A DNA stretch of 63,535 nucleotides, filler included, from 7 parts of 7 records of this genome joined end to end with filler, not necessarily neighbours in it; one strand, 5' to 3'. Positions 1 through 10,555 are shown, numbered from the whole stretch's first letter. Made by a program: numbers and translations. Notes: a model not told the origin generated them from the letters alone.

Positions 1-2
1 TC

Positions 3-1145
3 AACATGGTGGCCTGCCAGGTGGCGCACTCGCTCTTCAATGTGCCGTCGCGTATCGCCCGGATCAGGCAGCAGGATTACTTGCAGCCTCTCTGGGCTGA
101 CCTGTTCAGCCGCGAGAACATGCCGATTGATCACATCATTTCGCCGGAACGCGAAGTGGCCAAGGCTATCGGGCGGCGACTTCAGGTACCGGGGGCGTTC
201 GACGTCCTGCCGATGGCCGACGGGATGGTGCGGGTTGTCGGCGTGCGCTGCGACGAGGAATGCCCGATCGTCAACACGCCGCTGCGCCAGCTCACCAGCC
301 TGTTCTCGGATCTCAGCATTGTCGTTGTCGGTATCATCCGTGACGACCGGGGCATCGTGCCGAAGCCGGACGATCACATGCTGCCGGGAGACGATGTCTA
401 TTTCGTCTGTGATGTGGACCATCTGTCGCGCGCCATGGCTGCGTTCGGACATGAAGAAGAAGAGGGCCGGAGCGTTATTATCGCGGGCGGCGGCAATATC
501 GGCCTGATGCTCGCCGAAGAGATCGAGTCCAAGCATTCCGGCGTCAGCGTCAAGGTCATCGAATATGACCGGGAGCGGGCCAAGCTCGTGGCCCAGACGC
601 TCGATCATACCATGGTGCTGAACGGCGATGCTCTGGACACGGAAGTGCTGGAGGAGGCGAACGTTTCCAAGACGGAAACCTTCGTAGCTGTCTCCAACGA
701 CGATGAAGTGAATATCATTGGCTCGCTTCTGGCCAAGAGGGCGGGGGCCGACCGGACGGTCGCCCTGATCAACAAGGGGACTTATGCCTCGCTGATTTCG
801 ACCCTTGGCGTGGATGCCGTGGTGAATCCGCGCGCCATTACGGTTTCGACCATATTGCAGCATGTCCGCCGAGGGCGCATTCGCGGTGTTTATTCCCTGC
901 GCGCCGATTTCGGTGAGGTGATCGAAGCGGAGGCGTTGGAAACATCGTCTCTCGTCGGCCACCCGTTGCGCGATGCGAAACTGCCGTCGGGTGTCATCAT
1001 CGGGGCGATCTATCGAGGGGACAAGGTCCTCGTGCCGCGCGGCGATACCGTAATTCAGGCAAACGACCGGGTGATCCTGTTCGCGACCTACGAGGTGGTG
1101 AAAAAGGTCGAGAAGCTGTTCGCGGTCCGGCTGGATTTCTTCTAG
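3..1145 (+). CDS. trkA: Trk system potassium uptake protein TrkA (5'-truncated at window start)
   Basis: RCK_N/RCK_C repeats: 'IIAGGGNIG' Rossmann motif, 'VLNGDALD', 'AVSNDDEVNI', C-terminal 'VPRGDTVIQANDRV'; sits upstream of hfq-hflX as is usual in alphaproteobacteria. Confidence 0.93.
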   Translation, partial: NMVACQVAHSLFNVPSRIARIRQQDYLQPLWADLFSRENMPIDHIISPEREVAKAIGRRLQVPGAFDVLPMADGMVRVVGVRCDEECPIVNTPLRQLTSLFSDLSIVVVGIIRDDRGIVPKPDDHMLPGDDVYFVCDVDHLSRAMAAFGHEEEEGRSVIIAGGGNIGLMLAEEIESKHSGVSVKVIEYDRERAKLVAQTLDHTMVLNGDALDTEVLEEANVSKTETFVAVSNDDEVNIIGSLLAKRAGADRTVALINKGTYASLISTLGVDAVVNPRAITVSTILQHVRRGRIRGVYSLRADFGEVIEAEALETSSLVGHPLRDAKLPSGVIIGAIYRGDKVLVPRGDTVIQANDRVILFATYEVVKKVEKLFAVRLDFF

Positions 1146-1154
1146 GCCGATGAC

Positions 1155-1808
1155 ATGAGAGAAATATCGAAGCCAAGCGCGATCCTGTTCGACTGGGACA
1201 GCACGCTCGTCGATAACTGGCCGGGCGTGACGGTCGCCATGAATGCGGCGCTGACCGCGTTTGAGCTGGCCGTCTGGACCGAGGCGGAAATGCGAGCCCG
1301 TGCTAAGCGTTCCATGCGGGAGAGTTTTCCGGAAATTTTCGGTCCGGGTTGGGAAAAGGCCCGCGATATTTTCTATGAGACCTTCGAGGCGAGGCATCTT
1401 GAGGGGCTTCGCGCGTTACCCGGTGCGGAAGAGCTGCTAATAGAGCTTCGGGACCGCTCGATCGTGCTCGGGGTAGTGAGCAACAAGAACGGGAATTTTC
1501 TTCGGGCCGAGGCGGAATGTCTCGGCTGGACCGGCCACTTTCATCGCATTGTTGGCGCGACGGATGCGGTGAAGGACAAACCCGCCCGTGATCCGGTCGA
1601 TCTCGTGCTCGCGGAATCGGGGCATGAAGCCGGTGATCGGGTTTGGTTTGTTGGAGACTCCCTGGTGGATCTGCAATGCGGTCTGGCCAGCGGCTGTGTT
1701 CCGGTTCTTGTCGGGGAAGACCCTATTTCCGAGGCTGATCTGGTAAAATGGCCTCCGGCATTCCATTTCGCGGATTGCCACGAAATGCGACGGACGCTGA
1801 CCGATTGA
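1155..1808 (+). CDS. HAD-superfamily hydrolase (phosphoglycolate phosphatase-like)
   Basis: Motif I 'LFDWDSTLVD', motif II 'VSNK', motif III 'KP', motif IV 'VGDSLVD'. Confidence 0.88.
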   Translation: MREISKPSAILFDWDSTLVDNWPGVTVAMNAALTAFELAVWTEAEMRARAKRSMRESFPEIFGPGWEKARDIFYETFEARHLEGLRALPGAEELLIELRDRSIVLGVVSNKNGNFLRAEAECLGWTGHFHRIVGATDAVKDKPARDPVDLVLAESGHEAGDRVWFVGDSLVDLQCGLASGCVPVLVGEDPISEADLVKWPPAFHFADCHEMRRTLTD

Positions 1809-1923
1809 GTCGGACGGAGAAATAGTTATATAAAGGAGATGCTCATTTCGCATTTGCGAGATGAGGGCGGTGCCAGGCTTTTTAAGGCATGCGCTGAAAC
1901 GCAACGAACAAAAGGTCCGTGCA

Positions 1924-2184
1924 ATGGCCAACGAAAAGAATCAAAACGTTCAGGAAGTGTTCCTTAACGCGATCCGGAAGAACAAGACTGCGGTTACAAT
2001 TTTTCTTATCAACGGTGTGAAACTCCAGGGCATCGTCACATGGTTTGACAATTTCTCCCTGCTGTTGCGCCGTGACGCTCATTCGCAGTTGGTCTACAAG
2101 CACGCGATCTCGACGATTATGCCGTCTCAGCCGGTTCAATTGTTTGAGCCGACACGGGAAGAAGGTGCTCTTGATCCTGAATGA
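1924..2184 (+). CDS. hfq: RNA chaperone Hfq
   Basis: '[10 protein letters not shown]…[10 protein letters not shown]…FDNF…[13 protein letters not shown]' Sm1/Sm2 motifs; start taken at ATG 1924; ATGA overlap with hflX. Confidence 0.97.
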   Translation: MANEKNQNVQEVFLNAIRKNKTAVTIFLINGVKLQGIVTWFDNFSLLLRRDAHSQLVYKHAISTIMPSQPVQLFEPTREEGALDPE

Positions 2185-3491
2185 CCGGAGCGTGCATGGG
2201 TAGCACGCCGGGCACGAGCAGCGGACTGGCTCTCGTTGTCCATCCCTTCGAAAAACAGAGAGCGGGTGAGCCTGCGGCACTGCGAGACCCGGAGGGGCGT
2301 CTTGCGGAAGCCGTTGGGCTGACTGCAGCCATTGAGCTCGACGTGGTTCACGCCGAGACCGTTTCGCTGTCCAAAGTCCGGCCTGCGACCTATCTGGGTG
2401 GCGGGGCCGTTGAACGGTTGGCGGGAACGGTCAAGGGGCTGGAAGTCGATGTCGTTATCGTCGATGCCTCGCTCTCTCCGGTGCAGCAACGCAATCTCGA
2501 GAAGGAGCTTGAGTGTAAGGTCATTGACCGTACCGCTCTGATCCTTGAGATCTTTGGTGCCAGGGCCCGGACTCATGAAGGCCGTCTTCAGGTCGAGCTG
2601 GCGGCTTTGACGTTCCAGCGCAGCCGCCTGGTCCGGTCATGGACACATCTTGAGCGCCAGCGTGGCGGATTTGGCTTTGTCGGCGGTCCCGGTGAAAGCC
2701 AGCTCGAGATCGACAGACGCCTGATCCTCGAGCGGATTTCCAGGATCCGTAATGAGCTTGAAGACGTAAAACGGACGCGGGAGCTGCATCGCGAGTCCCG
2801 GCGCAAGGTACCGTATCCGATCGTCGCGCTGGTTGGCTATACCAACGCCGGAAAATCGACACTTTTCAACCGGTTGACCGAGTCCGAAGTGTTTGCCAAG
2901 GATCTGCTCTTCGCGACCCTTGATCCGACCATGCGCCGGGTGGAACTGCCATCCGGGCGAACGGTGATCCTGTCCGATACCGTGGGCTTCATTTCAGACC
3001 TGCCGACACATCTGGTCGCGGCTTTCAGGGCCACGCTCGAGGAAGTCCGCGAGGCGGATATTCTCCTGCATGTCCGTGACTTCTCGCACCCCGACAGCGA
3101 TGCGCAGCGGGATGACGTTTTGTCCGTCCTGCGTGATCTGGGGCTTGAAGAACAGAAACTCGAAGACCAAACGGTCGAAATTCTGAACAAGATCGACCTG
3201 ATGGAAGATCCCGCAAGTCTCGATAGCGCGTCCGGGAAAATGCACCGGATCGCGGTTTCCGCGCTCACGGGGGAGGGCTGCAAGAATGTCCTTTCCGTGC
3301 TCGATGAAATGATCGGCGCGGCTGACGTCACACGGACTTTCGAGCTCGATGTTACCGACGGGGCCGCGCTTGCGTGGTTGTATGAGCACGGTCAGGTCAT
3401 GGAGCGGCAGGACGGGGAAACCGACATTTTGATGAAGGTACGCCTGGCTCCCGTGGATGCGGAACGTTTTGACGCCAGGTTCAATGTCTGA
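2181..3491 (+). CDS. hflX: Ribosome-splitting GTPase HflX
   Basis: 'GYTNAGKS' P-loop, 'LFATLDPT', 'DTVGFI', 'NKID', '[12 protein letters not shown]'; directly after hfq. Confidence 0.96.
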   Translation: MTGACMGSTPGTSSGLALVVHPFEKQRAGEPAALRDPEGRLAEAVGLTAAIELDVVHAETVSLSKVRPATYLGGGAVERLAGTVKGLEVDVVIVDASLSPVQQRNLEKELECKVIDRTALILEIFGARARTHEGRLQVELAALTFQRSRLVRSWTHLERQRGGFGFVGGPGESQLEIDRRLILERISRIRNELEDVKRTRELHRESRRKVPYPIVALVGYTNAGKSTLFNRLTESEVFAKDLLFATLDPTMRRVELPSGRTVILSDTVGFISDLPTHLVAAFRATLEEVREADILLHVRDFSHPDSDAQRDDVLSVLRDLGLEEQKLEDQTVEILNKIDLMEDPASLDSASGKMHRIAVSALTGEGCKNVLSVLDEMIGAADVTRTFELDVTDGAALAWLYEHGQVMERQDGETDILMKVRLAPVDAERFDARFNV

Positions 3492-3596
3492 ACACGATAT
3501 GCTAATGGTGATTTAGATCACTTCCAGAACAGGGCGTATACGGGTAGATATCCAGACCCGCCTTGCATCGTCCGATGCGTCAGTTCAAAGGATCGC

Positions 3597-4421
3597 ATGA
3601 CCAATATCCCAGACCCCGCCGCAGTCATCGAAATCATGCGTGAAACGGCGGATGCCGTAATTCTCCCCCGTTTCCGTTCTCTTCAGTCCGGTGAAATCCA
3701 GGAAAAAACCGGACCGGATGATCTGGTGACCATCGCGGATATCGAGTCCGAACGCCGTATGACCCCGTTACTGCGTGAGCTGTTGCCTGGCTCAAGCGTG
3801 GTTGGCGAGGAAGCTGTTGCCGATGATATTTCCGTTCTCGGCAATCTCACGGCGGAGGCTCCTGCCTGGATCATCGATCCGGTTGACGGGACGCGCAACT
3901 TCACCAAGGGAAGCCGCAATTTTTGCGTGATGGTGGGGCTGGTTTACCGGCGCCAGCCGGTCCTTGGCTTTATCCTCGATCCGCTGGGCGAGCGTTGCGC
4001 GTTTGCCGTTCGTGGTGAGGGGGCCTGGATGCGGGATTATGATGATCGTGATTCTGCATTATCCGTTCTGGCGCCGAAGCCAAGCGAGGAAATGCGGGGG
4101 GCTCTGAACTTTCGTTTCCTGTCATCGCCTTTGAAGGAGGAGATGAAGGAGCGGGCCAAGACCGGAGTGAGTGATCATTTCCGGCTAGGCTGTGCCGGCC
4201 ACGAATATCTCACGTTGCTGACAGGCGATGCGCATTTCGCCATGTATCCGAAGAATATGCCGTGGGATCATGTGGCGGGCGCTCTTCTGCACCAGGAAGC
4301 GGGCGGTTTTCACGCCCGCTTCAACAAGCGCCCATATTATCCGGATCAGCTTGACGGCGGTCTGCTGATCGCGCCGGACGAAGCATCCTGGGACGAGCTC
4401 AGGGAAAAGCTCTGGCCGTAA
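3597..4421 (+). CDS. Inositol monophosphatase family protein
   Basis: 'DLVTIADIESE', 'GEE', 'WIIDPVDGTRNF', 'PWDHVAG' motifs. Confidence 0.9.
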   Translation: MTNIPDPAAVIEIMRETADAVILPRFRSLQSGEIQEKTGPDDLVTIADIESERRMTPLLRELLPGSSVVGEEAVADDISVLGNLTAEAPAWIIDPVDGTRNFTKGSRNFCVMVGLVYRRQPVLGFILDPLGERCAFAVRGEGAWMRDYDDRDSALSVLAPKPSEEMRGALNFRFLSSPLKEEMKERAKTGVSDHFRLGCAGHEYLTLLTGDAHFAMYPKNMPWDHVAGALLHQEAGGFHARFNKRPYYPDQLDGGLLIAPDEASWDELREKLWP

Positions 4422-4452
4422 CCCCTAAGGCAGAAGCCTCTGAGACGGTTGC

Positions 4453-5418
4453 CTAGGCCGCGCTCTTGTAGGTAAGCCCGCGGCCTTCTTCCAGGCCCAG
4501 CATCAGGTTCATGTTCTGAACCGCCGCGCCCGAAGCGCCCTTGCCCAGATTGTCGAGTGTCGCCGCCAGCACGCATTGTCCGTTCTTCTCATTCGCGAAA
4601 ACGTAAAAGCGGATTGTGTTGGTGCCGTTCTGCTCTTCCGGATCCAGGCGGGGAAGGGAGGCTGCTTCATCCAGAGGCGCCACATCGGCGAAGAGATGTC
4701 CGCTGTAATGGTCGCTGAGGCATTCGTGAATCCGCGCCGCGCCGATGCCATCCTTGAGGGCCCAGAGATGCAGCGGCACATAGACCGCCATGCCCTTGTA
4801 ATACCGTCCGACGCTCGGCTGGAAGATCGGCGCGTGCTCCAGCATGGAATATTGCTGCATCTCCGGCAGATGTTTGTGCTGCAGGTTGAGGCCATAGGCA
4901 AACACGTTCGCGGAAAGATGATCCGCTGCCGAAGTGTCTTCCATGGACTGGATCAACGCCTTGCCGCCGCCGGAATAACCCGAAACGGCATTCACAGTGA
5001 CCGGATAATCGGCCGGAAGCAGGGCGTTCTCGACCAGTGGGCGGATCAGACCGATGGCGCCGGTCGGATAGCAGCCTGGATTGCTGACAAAGCGGGCATG
5101 GCGCACGGCCTCTTCCTGGCCGGAGCTCAGTTCCGGAAAGCCGTATACCCAGTCATTATCCACCCGGTATGCCGTTGAGGCGTCGATGACCTTCGCATCC
5201 GGATTTTCGATCAGTGACACAGCTTCGATGGACGCGGCATCCGGCAGGCAGAGGATGGAGAGATCCGCTTCATTCAGCGCACGGCGTCGGGCTTCGGTAT
5301 CCTTGCGTTCGTCCGCGCCGAGACTGATCAGGGAGACATCGTCCCGTCCCGCCAGTCGCTCGCGGATCTGCAGGCCCGTGGTCCCGGCTTCACCGTCGAT
5401 GAAAATGCTTACCGCCAT
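4453..5418 (-). CDS. argC: N-acetyl-gamma-glutamyl-phosphate reductase (type 2)
   Basis: 'IFIDGEAGTTGLQI', 'IDASTAYR', catalytic 'NPGCYPTG', 'SGYSGGGK', 'DNLGKGASGAAVQNMN'. Confidence 0.95.
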   Translation of the reverse strand: MAVSIFIDGEAGTTGLQIRERLAGRDDVSLISLGADERKDTEARRRALNEADLSILCLPDAASIEAVSLIENPDAKVIDASTAYRVDNDWVYGFPELSSGQEEAVRHARFVSNPGCYPTGAIGLIRPLVENALLPADYPVTVNAVSGYSGGGKALIQSMEDTSAADHLSANVFAYGLNLQHKHLPEMQQYSMLEHAPIFQPSVGRYYKGMAVYVPLHLWALKDGIGAARIHECLSDHYSGHLFADVAPLDEAASLPRLDPEEQNGTNTIRFYVFANEKNGQCVLAATLDNLGKGASGAAVQNMNLMLGLEEGRGLTYKSAA

Positions 5419-5454
5419 AGCGGATCTCCTCGTTGCGCGGCCCTGTTGCCGCGC

Positions 5455-6204
5455 TTATTTCCGCACAATATTGAATGGAGAGAAGGCTTGGCAACCCGCC
5501 ATGATTTCAATCCGGTTGATATTCACATTCGCCGGGCGCGACGCGGCCCAGAAAATGGCGTCGGCGATGTCGTCGGCCGTGAGCGGATCGGTGCCGTCAT
5601 AAAAATTGTCGGCCTTGTCGTTATCCCCCTTGAAGCGGACGGCGGAGAACTCGGTATTGGCAAGACCCGGTTCGATATCCGTTGCCCGGATGTTCTTGCC
5701 GACAAGGTCCGCGCGCAAGTTCAGCGTGAACTGTTTCACGAAGGCTTTGGTGGCGCCGTAGACGTTACCGCCCGGATAGGGCCAGCTGCCGGCGACGGAG
5801 CCGAGATTGATGACATGGCCGCTGCCAGCGGAAACCATGTGGGGAAGCATGGCGCGGGTGGTGTAGAGCAAGCCCTTGATGTTGGTATCGACCATGGTCT
5901 CCCAATCCTCGATCGCAACCTCGTCGGCGCCTTCCAGACCCAGGGCGAGACCGGCATTGTTCACCAGCACGTCGACCGGCTTGAAGCTCTCCGGAATGCT
6001 GGCGATGCAAGCATCGACGGCGGCCTTGTCCTGCACGTCGAGTGTCACTGCATGGCATGGTGTCGGCAGCTCACCCTGTAGTTTCTCAAGGCGTTCTGTG
6101 CGACGGCCGGTGATGATGGTCTGCCAGCCTTCGGCGGCAAACCGGCGTGCGGTCGCTTCGCCGAATCCGGAGGTCGCGCCAGTGATGAAAACGGTCTTGG
6201 TCAT
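5455..6204 (-). CDS. Short-chain dehydrogenase, YdfG/3-hydroxy acid dehydrogenase-like
   Basis: 'TGATSGFG', 'NNAGLALG', catalytic 'YGATK', 'IEPGL..TEFS.VRF'. Confidence 0.9.
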   Translation of the reverse strand: MTKTVFITGATSGFGEATARRFAAEGWQTIITGRRTERLEKLQGELPTPCHAVTLDVQDKAAVDACIASIPESFKPVDVLVNNAGLALGLEGADEVAIEDWETMVDTNIKGLLYTTRAMLPHMVSAGSGHVINLGSVAGSWPYPGGNVYGATKAFVKQFTLNLRADLVGKNIRATDIEPGLANTEFSAVRFKGDNDKADNFYDGTDPLTADDIADAIFWAASRPANVNINRIEIMAGCQAFSPFNIVRK

Positions 6205-6265
6205 GCCTTTTCTCCTTCGATAAAAGACAGTTAAAACAAAAATTTATGTCTTTTTGTTGATGTGA

Positions 6266-7129
6266 TCAGGCTTTGTCGAACTGTTTGGCGCGTTGCCAGA
6301 GGTCTTCCAGTTCACTCAAATCCGCCTGATCCGGGGAGCGTCCCGTTTCATCATGCAGCATTGTCTCGACAGCCCGGAACCGGGTCTCGAATTTCCGGTT
6401 GCAGCGCCTGAGGGCACTCTCCGGGTCGATATCGAGTTTGCGGGCAAGATTGACGCAAACGAACAGAAGGTCGCCGATTTCATCCTCGATCCGGTCGGGG
6501 TCACGCTCGGCCGGATGATCCTTCAATTCTGCGCGGACTTCGGCGATCTCTTCTTCCAGCTTGTCGAACACCTGATCCGCCTCCGGCCAGTCGAACCCGA
6601 CGCGGCCGGCGCGCTTTTGCAGTTTCACCGCTCGCATCAGGGCGGGGAAGGCCGAAGACACATCATCCAGAGCGCTTGGCCGCACATCACTCTTGGCGGC
6701 TTTACGGGCGCGCTCTTCGGCTTTTTGCGCTTCCCAGTTCCGCGTCTGGGCGTCGGCATTGGCAACATTCTCTGACGCAAAAACATGCGGATGCCGCCGG
6801 ATCATCTTTTCGGTGATGGCATGCGCCACGCTGTCGAAATCGAAATGCCCCGCTTCCTGACCGATTTGCGTGTGATAGATCACCTGAAGCAGCAGGTCGC
6901 CGAGTTCTTCCTCGAGATGGGGCATATCCCCTTCGGTGATCGCATCCGCAACCTCGTAGGCTTCCTCGATGGTGTAGGGCGCGATCGTCTCGAAACTTTG
7001 CTCGATATCCCACGGGCATCCGCCATCCGGATCGCGCAGGCTCGCCATGACCTGACGCAGCCTCTCAATGGGAGGCAAGTCGGAGGCGGGGATGGGTTTT
7101 GCCGCTGAATTCTTGATCTTTTCTGTCAT
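6266..7129 (-). CDS. mazG: Nucleoside triphosphate pyrophosphohydrolase MazG
   Basis: 'LRDPDGGCPWDIEQ', 'EEAYEVADAI', 'EELGDLLLQV', 'RRHPHVF', second domain 'GFDW…EIGDLLF'. Confidence 0.96.
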   Translation of the reverse strand: MTEKIKNSAAKPIPASDLPPIERLRQVMASLRDPDGGCPWDIEQSFETIAPYTIEEAYEVADAITEGDMPHLEEELGDLLLQVIYHTQIGQEAGHFDFDSVAHAITEKMIRRHPHVFASENVANADAQTRNWEAQKAEERARKAAKSDVRPSALDDVSSAFPALMRAVKLQKRAGRVGFDWPEADQVFDKLEEEIAEVRAELKDHPAERDPDRIEDEIGDLLFVCVNLARKLDIDPESALRRCNRKFETRFRAVETMLHDETGRSPDQADLSELEDLWQRAKQFDKA

Positions 7130-7239
7130 GATGGCGAAACCATAATCGTTGCCTCGATATGGTTAAAGGCCGAAGCGTTTCACTGGTGTCATTTCATTCG
7201 GCCGGGCTGTCTGAATTCTCGCTCCAGCAAGCAGAGGCC

Positions 7240-7266
7240 TTGACCTGACAGGATTAAGTCAGATCA
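7240..7266 (+). promoter_or_regulatory. Candidate operator overlapping the promoter of the MFS gene
   Basis: Imperfect inverted repeat TGACCTGAC-N8-GTCAGATCA overlapping a TTGACC -35-like hexamer, ending 35 bp before ATG 7302. Confidence 0.35.
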
Positions 7267-7301
7267 TGGGCCGTCTTTAATCATTCCAGAATCCCAATCA
7301 A

Positions 7302-8453
7302 ATGATAACGATCCAATCGGGGCGGTTGCTGTCCTGGGCGCTGACCGCCGGGATTATGGTGATTGGCTCGAACTCGTTTGTGCTGAGCCCGATCCTCGGT
7401 GATGTCGCACGCGACATGGAAGTTCATCCGGCAATAGTGGCGCGGGCAATCTCTGCGTTTGGCGCCGCGACGGCGATCTCGTCACTCATCTATGCGCGCT
7501 ATGGCGGCGGAGTATCCGTCCGGCGGGTGCTTTCGATGGGTGCGGCGGTGATGGCGCTGTGTTTCATCGTCAGTGCCATCAGCGAGACCTGGCATGTATT
7601 GGCTGTGGCGCAGGGAGTGGTCGGCCTGGCTGTTGGACAGATGTTGCCGACGATCTATGCGGCAGCAACAGCAAGCGCACCGGAAGGGCAGGGAGGCCAA
7701 ATTCTCGGCAGGGTGATTCGCGGCTGGGCGATCGCGCTCGTTCTCGGGGTGCCATTCTCGGCATTTGTCTCGGATCTCGCGGGGTGGCGGGCGGTTTATT
7801 ACGTGCTTGCCGGATTTGCCGGGATCACGGCGGTCGCCTTTACCCGTATACCACTGGGCGCGGAACAGGCGGCTGACAGGGTGGCGATCAGCGTGAAGCA
7901 GGCGCTCGTCCGGCCAGGGGCTGTGCCTCTGCTTGTCATCTGCCTGCTCTATATGACCGCGTTTTACGGTCTCTATCCGTTTCTGGGCGTCCGGCTTGGC
8001 GAAACGTTCGGGGCAAGCGCGACGATGTCCGGCTTCGTCGTCCTTGCGTACGGCGCCGGGTTCGGGATTGCCAGTACCTGCATGTCCTGGGTGGATCGTG
8101 CGGGGCCGGCGCGTGTATTTCCAGGTATTCTCGGCTTTCTCTGTCTCGTCTATGTGGCGCTTGTGCCGGCCACGACGAACTATCCCGGCGCACTTGCCGC
8201 AGGTTTTGTCTGGGGCATGGCAAACCATATCGGCGTGAACCTGATCATCCTGTTCTTGTCGCGGCGGGGAGATGACGCACGGCCGGTTCTGATGGGGCTG
8301 CACACCACAATCACCTACGGCGCAATCTTCCTTGGCCCGTTCGTGTGCGGCATGCTCTATGCCACGAACGGCTTTCCCGCCGCGTCTTTTGCGGCCGCGG
8401 GCTTGCTGGCCGGTGCCGGGCTGGTGGCGTGGACGAAGCGGCACCTGATGTAG
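7302..8453 (+). CDS. MFS transporter (putative efflux)
   Basis: About 12 hydrophobic segments; 'ALVLGVPFSAFVSDLAGWRAVY' MFS motif. Confidence 0.85.
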   Translation: MITIQSGRLLSWALTAGIMVIGSNSFVLSPILGDVARDMEVHPAIVARAISAFGAATAISSLIYARYGGGVSVRRVLSMGAAVMALCFIVSAISETWHVLAVAQGVVGLAVGQMLPTIYAAATASAPEGQGGQILGRVIRGWAIALVLGVPFSAFVSDLAGWRAVYYVLAGFAGITAVAFTRIPLGAEQAADRVAISVKQALVRPGAVPLLVICLLYMTAFYGLYPFLGVRLGETFGASATMSGFVVLAYGAGFGIASTCMSWVDRAGPARVFPGILGFLCLVYVALVPATTNYPGALAAGFVWGMANHIGVNLIILFLSRRGDDARPVLMGLHTTITYGAIFLGPFVCGMLYATNGFPAASFAAAGLLAGAGLVAWTKRHLM

Positions 8454-8525
8454 GATGTTTATGCGATTTGATGGACGATCAGTGGAGAGTTTGAACGCAC
8501 GGTGAGCGGTCGGCAGGATTCTGAA

Positions 8526-8610
8526 TGGTGGCCCCGGAGGGACTCGAACCCTCACGTCCTAAGACTCGCGATTTTAAGTCGCGTGCGTCTACCAGTTCCG
8601 CCACGGGGCC
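8526..8610 (-). tRNA. tRNA-Leu (anticodon TAA)
   Basis: Reverse complement: acceptor GGCCCCG/CGGGGCC-A-CCA, D arm GCGGAACTGGTAGACGC, anticodon arm CGCGA-CT-TAA-AA-TCGCG, long variable arm GTC-TTAG-GAC, T loop GGTTCGAGTCC. Confidence 0.97.
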
Positions 8611-8750
8611 CGCCGCTTGCCAGACGCGGGATACCTACATTAAGGCGCTCGCCACGCCAAGCGGTTCTGAACAAGTATCAGGAGGTGCGGGATGGAAGCA
8701 GCTGGAGCCAAGAGTTGGTTTTCTGCCATATGAAACGATCGGTAAGTCGC

Positions 8751-9323
8751 ATGATGTTACGTCCCGCTCCGGGCCGTACTCGGGCCAGAAGCGTTTTGGC
8801 AAGAGCGGCCTTGGTGTGTTTCTGTTTGTTGTCGATAAGGGCCGAAGCGCAAAACCATTCTTCATTCGCTTTCATGCCAAGCCAGATTCAAGGCGTCTGG
8901 GTGATTGAGGAGGTCGATTTCTCCGGCATAACCGCCGTCACACCAGAGCAGGCCGAACCTTTCATCGGCGGCCGTATCGAGATCACGAATTCCCATCTGG
9001 ATGTTTTAGGCTACCGATGCCGCGTTGACCGCTACGCGGCGGAATTGATCGATAATACAGCTGGCTATTTCGGAGAGCGCTGGTTGTTCTCGAACGACCT
9101 CAAGTCCGAGGACCTTCGCAAGGCTCCGGATTTTTATCCCGACTGGCTGAAAGTTGAGTTGACCTGCGCTGATGAAAGCAGGCCATCGATCGACGAAAAG
9201 GATGCGCTTTTCTTCTGCACTGCCGGGGACCCGATGGACGGAAAGGCTTTCGATTATTTCGGCGGCGAGTTTCTGGTCACCAGTTGTGACGGCCCGAATT
9301 ATATTATGCGAAGAGTCGAATAG
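8751..9323 (+). CDS. Hypothetical exported protein
   Basis: Signal-peptide-like 'RAALVCFCLLSIRAEA'; mature part beta-rich with 4 Cys; start uncertain (8730 or 8751). Confidence 0.6.
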   Translation: MMLRPAPGRTRARSVLARAALVCFCLLSIRAEAQNHSSFAFMPSQIQGVWVIEEVDFSGITAVTPEQAEPFIGGRIEITNSHLDVLGYRCRVDRYAAELIDNTAGYFGERWLFSNDLKSEDLRKAPDFYPDWLKVELTCADESRPSIDEKDALFFCTAGDPMDGKAFDYFGGEFLVTSCDGPNYIMRRVE

Positions 9324-9555
9324 ACTGCCGAATCGCCCGATCCCTGGACACGCGATGACAAAGCATTTGGATCTGACCCTTTTGCTTGGGGGCGCTGCCC
9401 GGTGATGCTTGATGGCGGGAATTATGCCTTGCCTATGCGGAATATATTTTCCTAACTACTCGGCGCCTTAATCATTCTGCGAGCAACGACTCACGGAACC
9501 AAGCGCTGCCTCTTTGGAGGGCGCAAAAACAAATACGACTTAGGGAGTCGAAACT

Positions 9556-10548
9556 ATGAAACGCACTTTGCTTGGCGCCGTTGCGGCGTTGGCTCTTTCT
9601 TCCAGTCTTGCCGTTGCGGACTATCCCGAGCGGGAAGTGCTCGGTGTCGTGATGTGGGGCGCCGGTGGCGCGACCGATACCGTGGCCCGTGCCGTTAATC
9701 CGGCGGCTGAGGAAGCGCTTGGAAAGCCGATTGTTGTGCTGAACAAGTCCGGCGGCGCCGGCGCGATCTCGACCGCTTTCGTGAATGCGGCTCCGGCCGA
9801 CGGGTACACATTCCTTTATGGGGCCGAGAATCCGCAATTGCATCCGGTGATGGGTGTTTCCAGCCTCGACTATTCCTCTTTTTATCCGGTCAATATTCTG
9901 GGCCGTGGCGTTGCTGTGATCGCCGTTCCGTCGGATTCCAAATACAAGACGATGGCGGACCTGCTGGCTGATATCAAAGCCAATCCCGGTGCCGTTAAAA
10001 TGGGATCGACCGGTCCCGGCGGTTTGCCGAGCACGATCAGTGCCTTGATCGCGAACGCTGCCGATTTCGAGGTCACCGCCATTCCGTTCGGCGGTGAGGG
10101 ACCGGGCCTGACCGCCATGCTCGGCGGAGAGGTCGATTTCATGCCGTCCGGCATTTCCGCCGCGGCCGAGCAGATCAAGGCCGGCAAGATGCGGGCGCTG
10201 GCCGTGGTGAATCCGTCATCGGTAGACACGCTGCCGAACGTACCGCCGATCACCGACGCTATTCCCGGAATGGATAAATTCCTGCCGTGGGGGCCGTTCT
10301 ACGGGGTCTTCGTGCGCAAGGATGCGCCGGACGACGTGAAGGCCGTTCTCGAGAGTGCCTTCAAGAAAGCCGCCGAGAGTGAGCAGTTCACCACGCTGAT
10401 GGCCAATCGGGGCAATGTGATGATGAATATCTCCGGCAGTGAGGCGGAGGCGTTCCTGAAGAAGTGGCAGCAGGTCACTGTCTGGGCACTGCAGGATACG
10501 GGCGCGGCAAAGGTCGACCCGGCTTCTCTCGGTATCAAGCGGCCGTAA
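9556..10548 (+). CDS. tctC: Tripartite tricarboxylate transporter substrate-binding protein (TctC/Bug family)
   Basis: Signal peptide; 'YPER…WGAGGATDTVAR', 'NKSGGAGAI', 'APADGYT', 'PFGGEGPGLTAMLGGEVD'. Confidence 0.92.
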   Translation: MKRTLLGAVAALALSSSLAVADYPEREVLGVVMWGAGGATDTVARAVNPAAEEALGKPIVVLNKSGGAGAISTAFVNAAPADGYTFLYGAENPQLHPVMGVSSLDYSSFYPVNILGRGVAVIAVPSDSKYKTMADLLADIKANPGAVKMGSTGPGGLPSTISALIANAADFEVTAIPFGGEGPGLTAMLGGEVDFMPSGISAAAEQIKAGKMRALAVVNPSSVDTLPNVPPITDAIPGMDKFLPWGPFYGVFVRKDAPDDVKAVLESAFKKAAESEQFTTLMANRGNVMMNISGSEAEAFLKKWQQVTVWALQDTGAAKVDPASLGIKRP

Positions 10549-10555
10549 ATGGCAT

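Noticed and set aside
8454-8610. Genomic island integrated at tRNA-Leu
   Set aside because: No integrase and no direct repeat of the tRNA 3' end seen in contig 1.
8502-8729. N-terminal extension of the 273-aa ORF
   Set aside because: It overlaps tRNA-Leu on the opposite strand; the real start is downstream (8730 or 8751).
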